Positions 1 to 14,268 of a stretch of 64,000 nt of DNA are shown piece by piece (position 1 is the stretch's first letter; each line of letters begins with the position of its first letter). The notes beneath the pieces are model-generated. The model did not search any database. It was not told the DNA's origin and saw only the letters and a list, made by a program, of their open reading frames with translations. The translations under genes were made by a program, and so were the position numbers. The stretch covers positions 5,773 to 69,772 of the forward strand of contig CAZSKS010000006.1 in the NCBI GenBank assembly GCA_964607465.1. The letters run 5' to 3'. This DNA is from an uncultured Gemmatimonadota bacterium. Its GTDB lineage: Bacteria > Gemmatimonadota > Gemmatimonadetes > Palauibacterales > Palauibacteraceae.

Positions 1-1
1 C

Positions 2-340
2 AGCGCCCTGGGGACGGCCTCGCCCATCGTGATGGACGAGACCACGTGTCTGTTGAGGGCCATGCGCCGCATCGCCCACTTTTACGCCCACGAGTCCTGC
101 GGCCAGTGCGTGCAGTGCCGGGAGGGCACCGCCTGGGTGACGAAGATCCTGGAGCGGATCGAGCGCGGCGACGGGAAGATGGAGGACATCGACACCCTCT
201 ACGATCTGTGCGACCAGCTGACCGGGAAGACGATCTGCGTGCTGGCCGACAGCGTCGTGTTCCCCCTGCGGTCGTCCCTCGAGAAGTTCCGCGACGAGTA
301 CGAAGCCCACATCCTCCGAGACGCGTGCACCGCCACGTGA
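2..340 (+). CDS. nuoF: NADH-quinone oxidoreductase subunit F, C-terminal fragment (5' end lies upstream of the window)
   Basis: The frame is open from nt 2. The translation ..IVMDETTCLLRAMRRIAHFYAHESCGQCVQCREGTAW.. carries the ESCGxCxxCREG [4Fe-4S] N3 motif. nuoG-N follow in canonical order. TGA at 338-340. Confidence 0.9.
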   Translation, partial: SALGTASPIVMDETTCLLRAMRRIAHFYAHESCGQCVQCREGTAWVTKILERIERGDGKMEDIDTLYDLCDQLTGKTICVLADSVVFPLRSSLEKFRDEYEAHILRDACTAT

Positions 341-412
341 CGCGCGGCCAGCACGCGGAGCGCGTCCAGCAGCTGACGCGCGGCCGGGAGGGACCACGGA
401 CGAGACGAGGGC

Positions 413-1999
413 ATGTCTGAGCAGAACGGACAGGAAGGCACGGTCACCCTGACCGTGGACGGCGTCGAGGTGACGGTGCCCGAGGGCACCCGGGTCATCG
501 AGGCGGCCGAGCGGGTGGGGGTCGTGGTGCCCCACTACTGCTACCACCCCGGGATCCCGACCCGGCCGGCCCAGTGCCGGGTCTGCCTGGTGGAGGTGGA
601 GGGCCAGGGCAAGCTCCAGCCGTCCTGCGTCCTGCGGGCGGAGGACGGCATGGAGGTCCACACCGACAGCGACCGGGCCGAGCTGGCCCGCAAGTCGGTC
701 ATCGAGTTTCTGCTCCTGAACCACCCGCTGGACTGCCCGATCTGCGATGCCGCGGGCCAGTGCATGCTCCAGGACTACGCCTTCGAGACGGGGCAGCTGG
801 AGAGCCGGCTGGACGAGGAGAAGCTCGTCATGGGCCGGGACAAGATCTCCGACGACATCCTCTATTTCGCCGACCGGTGCATCATCTGCACGCGATGCGT
901 CCGCTTCATGCGGGAGGTGGCGGAGGACGACTCGCTGGTCGTCGCCAACCGGGGGCACAAGGCGTACATCGACACGGCGCCCGGGGAGAAGCTGGACAAC
1001 CCCTTCCAGGGCAACATCGTGGACGTCTGCCCGGTGGGCGCGCTGGTGCACGAGGACTTCGTCTTCAAGCCCCGCTACTGGGACATGGACAGCACCTCCA
1101 GCGTCTGTCCGGGCTGCTCCACCGGGTGCAACGTCACCCTCGACACCAAGGAGAACCAGATCGTCCGCCTCAAGCCGCGGCACAACGCGGACGTCAACTC
1201 CTACTGGATGTGCGACTACGGGCGGAAGCACCTGGTGATGGGCAACCGGGGGGTGCGGACGGAGGTCCCGCTGCTGCGGGAGGGCGACGGGCTGGTCCCC
1301 ACCGACTGGGCCCGGGCGCTGGAGGTCGTCGGCGACCGGCTGGCCGGGCTGGGCGGCGGCGGACGGGCCATCGCCTCGCCGGAGGCCTGCAACGAGAGCC
1401 TCTACTTCTTCCGGCGGCTGCTGGACGCGGTCGACGTCGAGGGAGGCGCGTTCCGGGTCGAGCAGGGGGAGACCGCCTCGCTGCCGGGCTGCGAGAAGCT
1501 GGAGCTGAGGGCGGACCGGGCGCCCAACGTCTCCGGCGCCGAGCTCTTCGGCTTCCGCCGGGCGGAGGAGCTGCCGTCGGGCGGGCCGGGCCTGCTGGCC
1601 GTGCTGGAGGAGCCGCTGGAGGACCGGCCGGAGGACTTCGGCCGGGAGAGCGACTTCTACCTGTACCTGGGAAGCCGGCTCGGCCCGGCGGCTCGGGCGG
1701 CCGACGCCGTCCTGCCGGTGACCTTCTTCGCCGAGATGGACGGCACCTTCACGAACTTCGAGGGTCGGGTGCAGCGCTTCCACCAGGCCCTGCAGGCGCC
1801 GGGCATCGCCCGCCCGGCGTGGATGGTGCTGAGCCGGCTGCTCTCCGTCCTGGGGGACGGGGAGACGGTCCTGGAAGCGCCGGACGCCTTCGCTCGCATG
1901 GCCTCGGACACCCCTGCGATGGACGGAATGACCTGGGCGTCCCTGGGCCTGAAGGGGCAGGAGCTCGGTGGAGCGGCGGCCGTGGCCGGGGGTGCCTGA
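413..1999 (+). CDS. nuoG: NADH-quinone oxidoreductase subunit G (short, 528 aa)
   Basis: N-terminal 2Fe-2S ferredoxin-like CYHPGIPTRPAQCRVCLVEV, then the HPLDCPICDAAGQC, CIICTRCVRF, VCPVGAL and CPGCSTGC cluster motifs. Sits between nuoF and nuoH. Confidence 0.9.
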   Translation: MSEQNGQEGTVTLTVDGVEVTVPEGTRVIEAAERVGVVVPHYCYHPGIPTRPAQCRVCLVEVEGQGKLQPSCVLRAEDGMEVHTDSDRAELARKSVIEFLLLNHPLDCPICDAAGQCMLQDYAFETGQLESRLDEEKLVMGRDKISDDILYFADRCIICTRCVRFMREVAEDDSLVVANRGHKAYIDTAPGEKLDNPFQGNIVDVCPVGALVHEDFVFKPRYWDMDSTSSVCPGCSTGCNVTLDTKENQIVRLKPRHNADVNSYWMCDYGRKHLVMGNRGVRTEVPLLREGDGLVPTDWARALEVVGDRLAGLGGGGRAIASPEACNESLYFFRRLLDAVDVEGGAFRVEQGETASLPGCEKLELRADRAPNVSGAELFGFRRAEELPSGGPGLLAVLEEPLEDRPEDFGRESDFYLYLGSRLGPAARAADAVLPVTFFAEMDGTFTNFEGRVQRFHQALQAPGIARPAWMVLSRLLSVLGDGETVLEAPDAFARMASDTPAMDGMTWASLGLKGQELGGAAAVAGGA

Positions 2000-2001
2000 C
2001 C

Positions 2002-3285
2002 GTGGAGCCGGTCTCCGGGGGCGCCTTCGTCACGGCCACCGTCGTGAAGGTCGTGCTCTTCTTCACGCTGCTGCTGGTGACCGTGGCGGGCCTGGTCCTG
2101 TTCGAGCGGAAGGTGGCGGGCTTCATCCAGGACCGGAGCGGCCCCAACCGGGTCGGCCCCTGGGGCCTGCTGCAGACGCTGGCCGACGGCCTGAAGTTCC
2201 TGCTCAAGGAGGAGACCCGGCCGGCGGAGGCCAACGGGGCCTTCTTCGTCCTGGCCCCGGCCCTGGCCCTGGTGCCGGCGACGGCGCTGTTCGCGGTGAT
2301 CCCGTTCGCGGCGCCGCTGCCCACCTCCTCGGGCCTGGTGGAGGTGATCGTGGCCGACGCGCCGATCGGGTTCCTCTACGTCCTGGCCATCGCGTCCATC
2401 GGGGTCTACGGCGTCGTGCTGGCCGGATGGTCCTCGGGGAGCAAGTACGCCTTCCTGGGTGGCCTCCGGGGGTCGGCCCAGATGATCAGCTACGAGGTGG
2501 GCCTGGCGCTGAGCCTGGTGCCGGTGGCGCTCCTGGCCGGCGACGTACGGATCCCGGAGATCGTCAGCGTGCAGCAGAGCTTCGCCGACACGATGTCGTA
2601 CGGCGTGTGGTTCATCGTCCCCCTCCTGCTGGGCTTCGTCTTCTTCTTCGTGGCCGGACTGGCCGAGACCAACCGGCTGCCCTTCGACCTCCCGGAGGCC
2701 GAGACCGAGCTGGTCGCCGGCTACCACACCGAGTACTCGGCCATGAAGTTCGGGATGTTCTTCCTGGGGGAGTACGCCCACATGCTGACCACGGCGGCTC
2801 TGGTCACGGTGTTCTTCCTGGGCGGCTGGGACATCCCCTTCTGGGAGGGGGACAACATCCGGGTCCTGGCCGACGGCACGGTGGTGGGCGAGCCGGCGTG
2901 GTGGAAGACCCTGCTGACCTTCGGCGCGTTCACCGTGAAGACGGCACTCCTGGTGCTGGTGTTCGTGTGGATCCGCTGGACCCTCCCCCGCTTCCGCTAC
3001 GACCAGCTCATGCAGCTGGGCTGGAAGTTCGTCATCGAGGCGGTGACGGTCTACATCCTGGTCGTGGCCGGCACGATCCTGGCGCTGGAGGCCCTGGGCA
3101 TGGCGCCCGGTCCCCTCTACGCCCTGGCCCTCTTCGCCGTCAACGCCGTCCTCCTGGCGCTGCTCGTCTTCGGGCTGGACCGAGGCGTCCTCTTCAAGGG
3201 GGCCTACGAGAGCCCGGCGGAGCGGGACCGTCGGGGGGGGCGCGAGGCGGAGGGTGTGGAGCCGCCGGCGGCGGCGCGGGGATGA
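2002..3285 (+). CDS. nuoH: NADH-quinone oxidoreductase subunit H
   Basis: GTG at 2002, 2 nt after the nuoG stop. GFIQDRSGPNRVGPWGLLQTLADGLKFLLKE signature of NuoH/ND1, polytopic. Charged Arg/Gly/Ala C-terminal tail. Confidence 0.9.
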   Translation: MEPVSGGAFVTATVVKVVLFFTLLLVTVAGLVLFERKVAGFIQDRSGPNRVGPWGLLQTLADGLKFLLKEETRPAEANGAFFVLAPALALVPATALFAVIPFAAPLPTSSGLVEVIVADAPIGFLYVLAIASIGVYGVVLAGWSSGSKYAFLGGLRGSAQMISYEVGLALSLVPVALLAGDVRIPEIVSVQQSFADTMSYGVWFIVPLLLGFVFFFVAGLAETNRLPFDLPEAETELVAGYHTEYSAMKFGMFFLGEYAHMLTTAALVTVFFLGGWDIPFWEGDNIRVLADGTVVGEPAWWKTLLTFGAFTVKTALLVLVFVWIRWTLPRFRYDQLMQLGWKFVIEAVTVYILVVAGTILALEALGMAPGPLYALALFAVNAVLLALLVFGLDRGVLFKGAYESPAERDRRGGREAEGVEPPAAARG

Positions 3286-3368
3286 GGGGGATGAGGGGCC
3301 CGGGCGGAACGACGGGCGCGACGAGCGACGCACGGACGCGGCACCGATAGACGAGGCGTGACGAGACG

Positions 3369-3866
3369 ATGCCTGGCGAGATCAAGGTCGTACAGAGGCC
3401 GGAAGAGAAGGGGTCCTACCTGCGTGCGGCCCTGAAGGGGATGAGCGTCACCTTCAAGCACCTGGTCGACCCGCACAAGGTCACCCAGCAGTATCCGGAC
3501 GAGAAGTGGGAGCTGTCCCCCCGCACCCGGGGCACCCACCGCATGGCCACCCACGAGGACGGTCGGGCCAAGTGCGTGGGGTGCGGGCTGTGCCCCACCG
3601 TCTGTCCGGTCAACTGCATCAAGCTGATCCCCGCCGAGGACGAGAACGGCGAGCGGTACGCGGCGGTCTACGAGATCGACGAGTTCCGCTGCATCTTCTG
3701 CGGCTACTGTCAGGAGGTATGCCCGGTGGAGGCCATCCACCTGGGCGTGCACTACGAGAACTCGGAGTACAGCCGGGAGCGCTGGGTGTACGACCTGGAG
3801 CGCCTCTGCGAGCAGGACCATCCGTTCACCGCCCTCTGGGACCCGTCGGACCCGAGGTCGGAATGA
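3369..3866 (+). CDS. nuoI: NADH-quinone oxidoreductase subunit I
   Basis: Two 4Fe-4S ferredoxin motifs, CVGCGLCPTVCP and CIFCGYCQEVCP. Operon position. Confidence 0.93.
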   Translation: MPGEIKVVQRPEEKGSYLRAALKGMSVTFKHLVDPHKVTQQYPDEKWELSPRTRGTHRMATHEDGRAKCVGCGLCPTVCPVNCIKLIPAEDENGERYAAVYEIDEFRCIFCGYCQEVCPVEAIHLGVHYENSEYSRERWVYDLERLCEQDHPFTALWDPSDPRSE

Positions 3867-4375
3867 TCGCGGAGTTCGTCTTCTTCCTGTTCGCGGCCAC
3901 CTCGGTGGTGAGCGCCGTGTTCGTGATCACCCGGGAGAACCCGGTGGCGAGCGTGCTCTTCCTCGTCGTCACCCTCTTCTCCCTGGCGGGCCTCTTCGTG
4001 CTCCTGGACGCCCACTTCATCGCCGCCGTCCAGGTGATCGTCTACGCCGGCGCCATCATGGTGCTCTTCCTCTTCGTGGTCATGCTCCTGAACCTGGGGC
4101 ACGCCCGCCTGGCGGAGTACCGGGGAGCCTTCGCCCGGATGCTGGCGGGGTCGCTGGCCGTGGCGTTCACCGCCTTCGCCGGCCGGCTCCTGCTGGCGGA
4201 AGCCCCGGCCGGCGGCGGGACGGCCCTCCAGCAGGCGCTGGAGGAGCGGGGCGCCATCGGGGCGGTGGCCATCCCCCTTTTCCGTGACTACCTGATCCCC
4301 TTCGAGTTGACGTCCATCCTCCTGCTGGTGGCCATCGTGGGGGCCGTGGTCCTGGCCCGGAGGCAGGCGCCGTGA
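3863..4375 (+). CDS. nuoJ: NADH-quinone oxidoreductase subunit J
   Basis: ATG 3863 overlaps the nuoI stop (ATGA). Hydrophobic ~170-aa ND6-like protein in the expected operon slot. Confidence 0.85.
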   Translation: MIAEFVFFLFAATSVVSAVFVITRENPVASVLFLVVTLFSLAGLFVLLDAHFIAAVQVIVYAGAIMVLFLFVVMLLNLGHARLAEYRGAFARMLAGSLAVAFTAFAGRLLLAEAPAGGGTALQQALEERGAIGAVAIPLFRDYLIPFELTSILLLVAIVGAVVLARRQAP

Positions 4376-4679
4376 GCGTCGGGCCCGACTTCACCGAGAT
4401 GGCGCTCCTGCTCAGCGCCGTGCTCTTCTCCATCGGGGTGGCGGGCGTGGTCCTCCGGCGGAACGCCATCATCGTGTTCATGTGCGTGGAGCTGATGCTC
4501 AACGCCGTGAACCTGAGCCTGGTGGCGTTCTCCCACACCCTGGGCATCGACGGGCAGGTCCTGGTCTTCTTCGTGATGGCGGTGGCGGCCGCCGAGGCCG
4601 CCGTAGGGCTGGCCATCATCATCGCCGTCTTCCGCCACTACGAGGTCGTGGACCTCGACCGCTTCGACCTGCTGAAGTG

Positions 4680-4683
<4 letters not shown>
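4372..4683 (+). CDS. nuoK: NADH-quinone oxidoreductase subunit K
   Basis: GTG overlaps the nuoJ stop (GTGA). 103-aa 3-TM protein with the [11 protein letters not shown] motif of NuoK/ND4L. Confidence 0.9.
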
Positions 4684-6761
<2,078 letters not shown>

Positions 6762-6768
6762 GGACGCC

Positions 6769-8474
<1,706 letters not shown>

Positions 8475-8478
<4 letters not shown>

Positions 8479-10052
8479 GCCCGGTGGTGCTGGACTTCGC
8501 CTCCCAGGCCGACTACGGGCTGGCCCTCCTGCCCGAGATCGTCCTCACGGTGTCGGCCATCGGCGTCCTGATGGTGGACGTCTTCCAGCGGGGGACGGAG
8601 TCGCGCCCCTCCAGCGACCTGGTCGGCGGGCTCGCCGTGGCCGGCCTCCTGGCGGCCGCGGCCGCCAACGTCGCGCTGTTCGCCCTGGAGGCGGCCCCGG
8701 GCGCGCGAGGGCTGGTGGCCCTGGACGACTTCCGGGCCGTCTCGAACTTCGTCCTGCTGGGCGGCGCCCTCTTCGCCCTCCTCCTCGCCGGCGACTACCT
8801 GGAGCGGGAGGGGCTGAAGATCGGCGAGTTCCACGCCCTCGTCCTCTTCGCCACCCTGGGGATGATGATCCTGGTGGGAGGGCAGGACCTGGTGGTGATC
8901 TTCCTGGGCCTGGAGACGATGTCCATCGCCGCCTACGTCCTCACCGCCTTCAACCGGCGCGACCCGCGGTCGGCGGAGGCCGGGCTCAAGTATTTCCTGA
9001 TCGGCGCGTTCGCCAGCGCCTTCCTGATCTACGGAATCGCGCTCCTGTACGGGGCCACCGGGTCCACCCACCTGCCGACCATGGTGCCGGCCGTGGAGGA
9101 GGGCGTCGCCGCCGGGAGTCCGCTCCTGCTGGGCGGGCTGGGGCTGCTGGTGGTGGGATTCGGCTTCAAGGTCTCCGCCGTTCCCTTCCACATGTGGGCC
9201 CCGGACGCCTACCAGGGCGCCCCCACCCCGGTGACCGGCTACATGGCCGCCTCGGTGAAGGCCGCCGCCTTCCTGGCCCTCCTGCGGGTCCTGGTGGTCC
9301 ACCTGGAGGCCGCCCAGGGCATCTGGGGGACGGTCACCTGGTGGCTGGCGATGCTCACGATGATCGTCCCGAACCTGATCGCCCTGGCCCAGGACGACGT
9401 CAAGCGGATGCTGGCGTACTCCTCGGTGGCCCACGCCGGCTACGTGCTGGTCGGGGTCACGGCCGGCGGGGCGGCGGGCCTCTCGGCGTCCCTCTTCTAC
9501 CTGGCGGTCTACACGCTCATGACGCTGGGGGCCTTCGGGATCACCTACCTGGTGGCGGGGAAGGGCGACCGGCGCTCCCACCTGGCGGACTTCCGGGGGC
9601 TGGGATGGAGCCGTCCCCTCCTGGGCGCGGCCATGCTGCTCTTCCTCCTGTCGCTGGCGGGGTTCCCGCCCACCGGCGGCTTCGTGGGCAAGCTCTTCCT
9701 GCTCCGGGCCGCCGTGGAGGCCGGCCAGGTGACGCTGGCGGTCACCCTCGTCCTGACCAGCCTGGTGGCCTACTACTATTACCTCCGCGTGGTATGGAAG
9801 ATGTACTTTGACGAGGCGGCCGAGGGCGCCGTGGCGCCCCCCGTGCCCGGCCGCTCCTTCCGGCTGGCGGCGACGGCGTGCGCCATCGGTGTCCTGGCGG
9901 CGGGCCTGCTGCCGGGCCCGGCCCTGGGCGGGGCCGAGCGCGCGGTCGAGGGGCTGGCCGAGCCCACGGCGGTCCGGGCCGAGGCCCCGGAGTCGGCCGG
10001 GAGCGTCCCGGGCGGCGCGGCCCTCGACGTCACCATCGACGGGGACGAATGA
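8475..10052 (+). CDS. nuoN: NADH-quinone oxidoreductase subunit N
   Basis: GTG overlaps the nuoM stop (GTGA). PFHMWAPDAYQGAPTPVTGYMA motif of NuoN/ND2. Confidence 0.9.
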
Positions 10053-11443
10053 GCATGGAGGCACCCGAGGGGATCTTCCGACAGTACGACATCCGGGGCG
10101 TGGTGGGCGAGGACCTCACCGTCGAGCTCGCCCACGCGGTGGGACGGGCCTACGGCAGCGAGCTGGCGAGCCAGCGTGGGGCACCCACCGTGGCCGTGGG
10201 CCGGGACAACCGGCCCAGCTCGCCGAAGCTGGCCGACGCCCTGAGCCGGGGGCTGACCGAGGCCGGGGCGACCGCCGTCGAGGTGGGGACCGTGCCCACC
10301 CCCGTCCTCTACTTCGCCGAGCAGGTCCTGGCGACGGACGGCGGGATCCAGATCACCGGATCCCACAATCCCCCCGAGTACAACGGGATCAAGATGACCG
10401 TCGGGGGCGCCTCGCTGTACGGCGACGCCATCCGGGAGCTGCGGCAGCGGATCCTGGCGGAGGACTACACCGCCGGATCCGGGGCGCGTAGACGGGAGGA
10501 CGTCCTGGACCGGTACGTGGAGGAGGTGGCGGCCCGGGCCGCGGTGGAGGGCGACGTGTCGCTGACCCTCGATTGCGGCAACGGCACGGGGAGCGTGGTG
10601 GCCGTCCGGGCGCTGGAAGCGGCGGGGATCGACGTGGACCCCCTGTACTGCGAGTCCGACGGGACCTTCCCGAACCACCATCCCGATCCCACCGTGGACG
10701 AGTACATCGTGGACCTGATCGCCCGGGTCCGGGACCGGGGCGAGGGCTTCGGCGTGGGGCTGGACGGCGACGCCGACCGCATCGGGGCGGTCACCGAGAC
10801 GGGCCGGGTGGTCCGTGGCGACCACCTACTCCTCCTCTTCGCCCTGGACGTCCTGGAACGCGAACCCGGCCAGCAGGTCGTCTTCGACGTGAAGTGCTCG
10901 CAGGCGTTGCCCGAGATGATCGAGGCCGCCGGCGGACACCCCGTCATGTGGAAGACGGGACATTCCCTCATCAAGGAGAAGATGCGCCAGACCGGAGCTC
11001 ATGTGGCAGGTGAGATGAGCGGTCATATCTGCTTTGCTGACAATTATTACGGATTCGATGACGCCATCTACGCCGCCGCCCGCCTGGCCGGGCTGGTCGC
11101 CCGGAGCGGGGAGACCCTCGAGGCGCTGGCCGACCGGATCCCGGACTATCCCTCCACGCCGGAGCTGCGGCTGGACTGCCCGGAGGATCGCAAGTTCGAG
11201 GTCGTGCGGGAGGTCGTGGACCACTACCGGGGCCGGCGCCCCCTGTTCGACCTGGACGGGGCGCGCGTGGACTTCGGGGCCGGGTGGGCCCTGGTTCGGG
11301 CCAGCAACACCCAGCCGGTGATCGTGGTCCGCTTCGAGGCGGACGACATCGGGACGCTCCGTGAGATCCGGGACGAGGTGGCGGGCGTGCTGGGCGAACA
11401 CGGTGTCCAGGTGCCGGAGCTGGACCCGTCGGTGACGCCATGA
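10049..11443 (+). CDS. Phosphomannomutase/phosphoglucomutase (alpha-D-phosphohexomutase)
   Basis: ATG 10049 overlaps the nuoN stop (ATGA). Active-site loop TGSHNPPEYNGIK, metal loop GLDGDADR, and GEMSGH. The upstream part of ORF 9878-11443 lies inside nuoN and is rejected. Confidence 0.85.
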   Translation: MSMEAPEGIFRQYDIRGVVGEDLTVELAHAVGRAYGSELASQRGAPTVAVGRDNRPSSPKLADALSRGLTEAGATAVEVGTVPTPVLYFAEQVLATDGGIQITGSHNPPEYNGIKMTVGGASLYGDAIRELRQRILAEDYTAGSGARRREDVLDRYVEEVAARAAVEGDVSLTLDCGNGTGSVVAVRALEAAGIDVDPLYCESDGTFPNHHPDPTVDEYIVDLIARVRDRGEGFGVGLDGDADRIGAVTETGRVVRGDHLLLLFALDVLEREPGQQVVFDVKCSQALPEMIEAAGGHPVMWKTGHSLIKEKMRQTGAHVAGEMSGHICFADNYYGFDDAIYAAARLAGLVARSGETLEALADRIPDYPSTPELRLDCPEDRKFEVVREVVDHYRGRRPLFDLDGARVDFGAGWALVRASNTQPVIVVRFEADDIGTLREIRDEVAGVLGEHGVQVPELDPSVTP

Positions 11444-14268
11444 GCCGGAGGGCACGCTGGCTCGTCGGCCTGGCCTTCGCGGTCCTGGTGTTGCTCCTCG
11501 CGGGAGGCACGGCCGTGGGGTTCTACGCCGAGCTCGCCTGGTTCGGCTCGCTGGGCTACGAGGACCGCTTCTGGAAGCTGGAGCTGGCCCAGGTCGTCTC
11601 GTGGCTGCTCCTCTTCCTGGGGACGGCCGGAGCCGTGGGCTGGGTGCTCCGCTACGTCGTCCACAGCGCGGGTCCGGTGCAGGTCCGGCGGCAGCTGGGC
11701 GACCTGGAGATCGCCGAGGCCCTGCCGGACAGCTGGGTGTCTCTGGCGACCGGCGGGGCGGCGGTCTTCGCGGGCCTTCTTGTGGCCGGTCCCTTCGCGG
11801 AGCCGCTGGCCCGTCAGACCCTCTTCGCCCTGGAGGCGACGCCCTGGGGGTCCCCCGAGCCGATCCTGGACCGGGACCCGCGATTCTACGTGTTCTACCT
11901 CCCCCTGCTGCGCACCGTCTGGTCGGCCCTGGTGGCCGTCGTCACCTGGGTGGGGCTGGGCCTGGGGGCCGTTCTGCTCCTGACCGGTCGAATCCGGGCC
12001 ACCGAGCAGGGGGTGGTAGTGGACGAGTTCGCCCGCCGGCAGGCGGTCTACCTGGGCGTCGCCGCCCTGCTGCTGGCTTCGGCCCACTTCGGCCTCTCCA
12101 TGTTCGAGCTCGTGGGCGGGGGGCCCGTGGGCTACGCGGAGGTGCACGGGGAGATCCCGGCCCGTCGCCTCATGGCGATCCTCACCCTGCTGGCGGCGGG
12201 CGCGCTGCTCTACGGGCGCTACACGGCCAGCTGGCGTCCCGCCCTCACCGCGCTGGCGGTGGCCGGCGTCGCCTGGCCCGTCGGAACGATGGTCTATCCG
12301 GAGACGATCCAGCGCTTCCGAGTGGAGCCCAACGAGCTGGAGCTGGAGCGTCCCTACATCGGGATGCAGGTGGAGGCCACGCGGAGCGCCTTCGGGCTGG
12401 AGGAGATCCGCCGGGTGGCCTACGACGTGACCGACAGCGCCCCGTCGGCCGAGAAGATCCGCCGGCACACCTCGGGGTTGCCGCTGTGGGACGAGCGGCC
12501 CCTGAAAGCCACCTACGATCAGCTCCAGGGGCTGGTGGCGTTTCACGAGTTCCCCGAGATCGACCCGGACCGGTACGGTGAGGGAAACGATCAGCAGCAG
12601 GTGGCCATCGGGGTCCGCGAGTTCGCCCCGAGCCGGCTGGCCGCCAGCGCCCGGACCTGGCAGAACCTCCACCTCCGCTACACCCACGGGCAGGGCTGGG
12701 TGGTCACCGCCGTCGACCGTGCCACCGAGGGCGGTGAGCCCCACTACTTCGTCCGGGACCTGCCGCCGCAGATTTCGGAGGACGCTCCCGCGGGCCTGGA
12801 GCTGAACGAGCCGAAGGTCTACTTCGGCGAGCTCACCTCCCAGTACGTGATGATGCCGCCGGACTCCTTTCCCGACGAGGGGAGGCCCACCGGCGTCGAC
12901 CTGGACAACGTCGTCGAGCGGGCCGTCATGGCGTGGGCCCTGGAGTCGAAGAACCTGCTGCTGCGAAATCCGGGGACGGGGACCCCCCTGCTGATGTGGC
13001 GGCGTCAGGTGGTGGAGCGGGTCCGGAGCCTGGTGCCCTTCCTCCTGGTGGATTCCGACGTCTACCCCGTGGTCCACGAGGGCCGCATCGTGTGGATCGT
13101 GGAGCTGCTGGCGGGCAGCCGGCGCTATCCCCTCTCCGAGCGCACCGACGCCGGCGGCACGTCGGCCAACTACCTGCGCAGCGTGGGCAAGGCGGTGGTG
13201 GACGGCGTCACCGGGGAGGTGGATCTCTACACGGTGGACCCGGACGAGCCCCTCCTGGCCACCTACCGGCGTACCTTCCCGGACCTCTTCCGCCCGCTGG
13301 AGGAGATGCCCGGGGAGCTGCGCAGCCACCTCCGCTACCCCCGCTCCCTCTTCCGGGCCCAGACCCGGGTCCTGGAAGCCTATCACCTCACCGAGCCGGA
13401 GGAGTTCTACCAGCGCCAGGGCCTGTGGAGCGTGGGCCAGGAGGTCTACGACCAGCGGGCGGTCCCGGTGGAGCCCTATTTCCTCCTCATGCCCTTTCCC
13501 GGTCGGAGCGACACGGCCCGGGCGGGGGCCGGCCTGCGGGCGCGGCCCGCCGGATCGGCGGAGCAGGAATTCATCCTGACGACCCCCTTCACGCCCCACA
13601 ACCGCGACAACCTGTCCTCCTTCCTCATGGCCCGGAACGACGGGGAGCACTACGGGGAGCTGTGGCTCTTCGAGCTGTCGGGGCGGGAGCAGGTGTTCGG
13701 ACCCCGTCAGGTGGAGGTGCAGATCGACCAGGATCCGGTCATCTCCCAGCAGCTGTCCCTGTGGCAGCAGCTCGGCTCCCGGGCCATCCGCGGGCACCTG
13801 CTCCTGGTGCCGGTGGACGGCTACCTGGTCTACGTGGAGCCCCTCTTCCTGGTGGCCGAGGACCGGGAGGGGGCCGCTCCGGGGCTGAAGCGGGTCATCG
13901 CCGCCGCCGGCGACCGGGTGGCGATGGGCGTGACCCTGGACGACGCCCTCGAGCGGCTGCTGGGCGAGCGCCCGCGGGCGGCGCCCCTGGACACCGAGGG
14001 CGAGGTCGGCGCAGCCGGCGTCGACACGGCGGCGACCGGGGGCGTGGACCCTGCGATCGACACCGGGCTGGACGCGGAGGCCGGGACGGACGGCGTGGGC
14101 CAGACCCGGACCCTCCAGCGCGTTCGCGAGCTGCTGCGACAGGCCGACCGGGCCCTGGAGGAGGGGGACCTGGCGCGCTTCGGGGAGATCTGGCAGAAGA
14201 TCCGCCGCACGGCCGGCTCGGGGGCCGGACCTTCCGTTCCCGGGGACACGGTCGGACCGGACGGGTGA
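11440..14268 (+). CDS. UPF0182-family large polytopic membrane protein (function unknown)
   Basis: 942 aa. Several N-terminal TM helices followed by a large soluble region. ERPYIGMQVEATRSAFGL and YFVRDLPPQ resemble UPF0182/COG1615 proteins as I remember them. ATG overlaps the pmm stop (ATGA). Confidence 0.65.
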   Translation: MSRRARWLVGLAFAVLVLLLAGGTAVGFYAELAWFGSLGYEDRFWKLELAQVVSWLLLFLGTAGAVGWVLRYVVHSAGPVQVRRQLGDLEIAEALPDSWVSLATGGAAVFAGLLVAGPFAEPLARQTLFALEATPWGSPEPILDRDPRFYVFYLPLLRTVWSALVAVVTWVGLGLGAVLLLTGRIRATEQGVVVDEFARRQAVYLGVAALLLASAHFGLSMFELVGGGPVGYAEVHGEIPARRLMAILTLLAAGALLYGRYTASWRPALTALAVAGVAWPVGTMVYPETIQRFRVEPNELELERPYIGMQVEATRSAFGLEEIRRVAYDVTDSAPSAEKIRRHTSGLPLWDERPLKATYDQLQGLVAFHEFPEIDPDRYGEGNDQQQVAIGVREFAPSRLAASARTWQNLHLRYTHGQGWVVTAVDRATEGGEPHYFVRDLPPQISEDAPAGLELNEPKVYFGELTSQYVMMPPDSFPDEGRPTGVDLDNVVERAVMAWALESKNLLLRNPGTGTPLLMWRRQVVERVRSLVPFLLVDSDVYPVVHEGRIVWIVELLAGSRRYPLSERTDAGGTSANYLRSVGKAVVDGVTGEVDLYTVDPDEPLLATYRRTFPDLFRPLEEMPGELRSHLRYPRSLFRAQTRVLEAYHLTEPEEFYQRQGLWSVGQEVYDQRAVPVEPYFLLMPFPGRSDTARAGAGLRARPAGSAEQEFILTTPFTPHNRDNLSSFLMARNDGEHYGELWLFELSGREQVFGPRQVEVQIDQDPVISQQLSLWQQLGSRAIRGHLLLVPVDGYLVYVEPLFLVAEDREGAAPGLKRVIAAAGDRVAMGVTLDDALERLLGERPRAAPLDTEGEVGAAGVDTAATGGVDPAIDTGLDAEAGTDGVGQTRTLQRVRELLRQADRALEEGDLARFGEIWQKIRRTAGSGAGPSVPGDTVGPDG

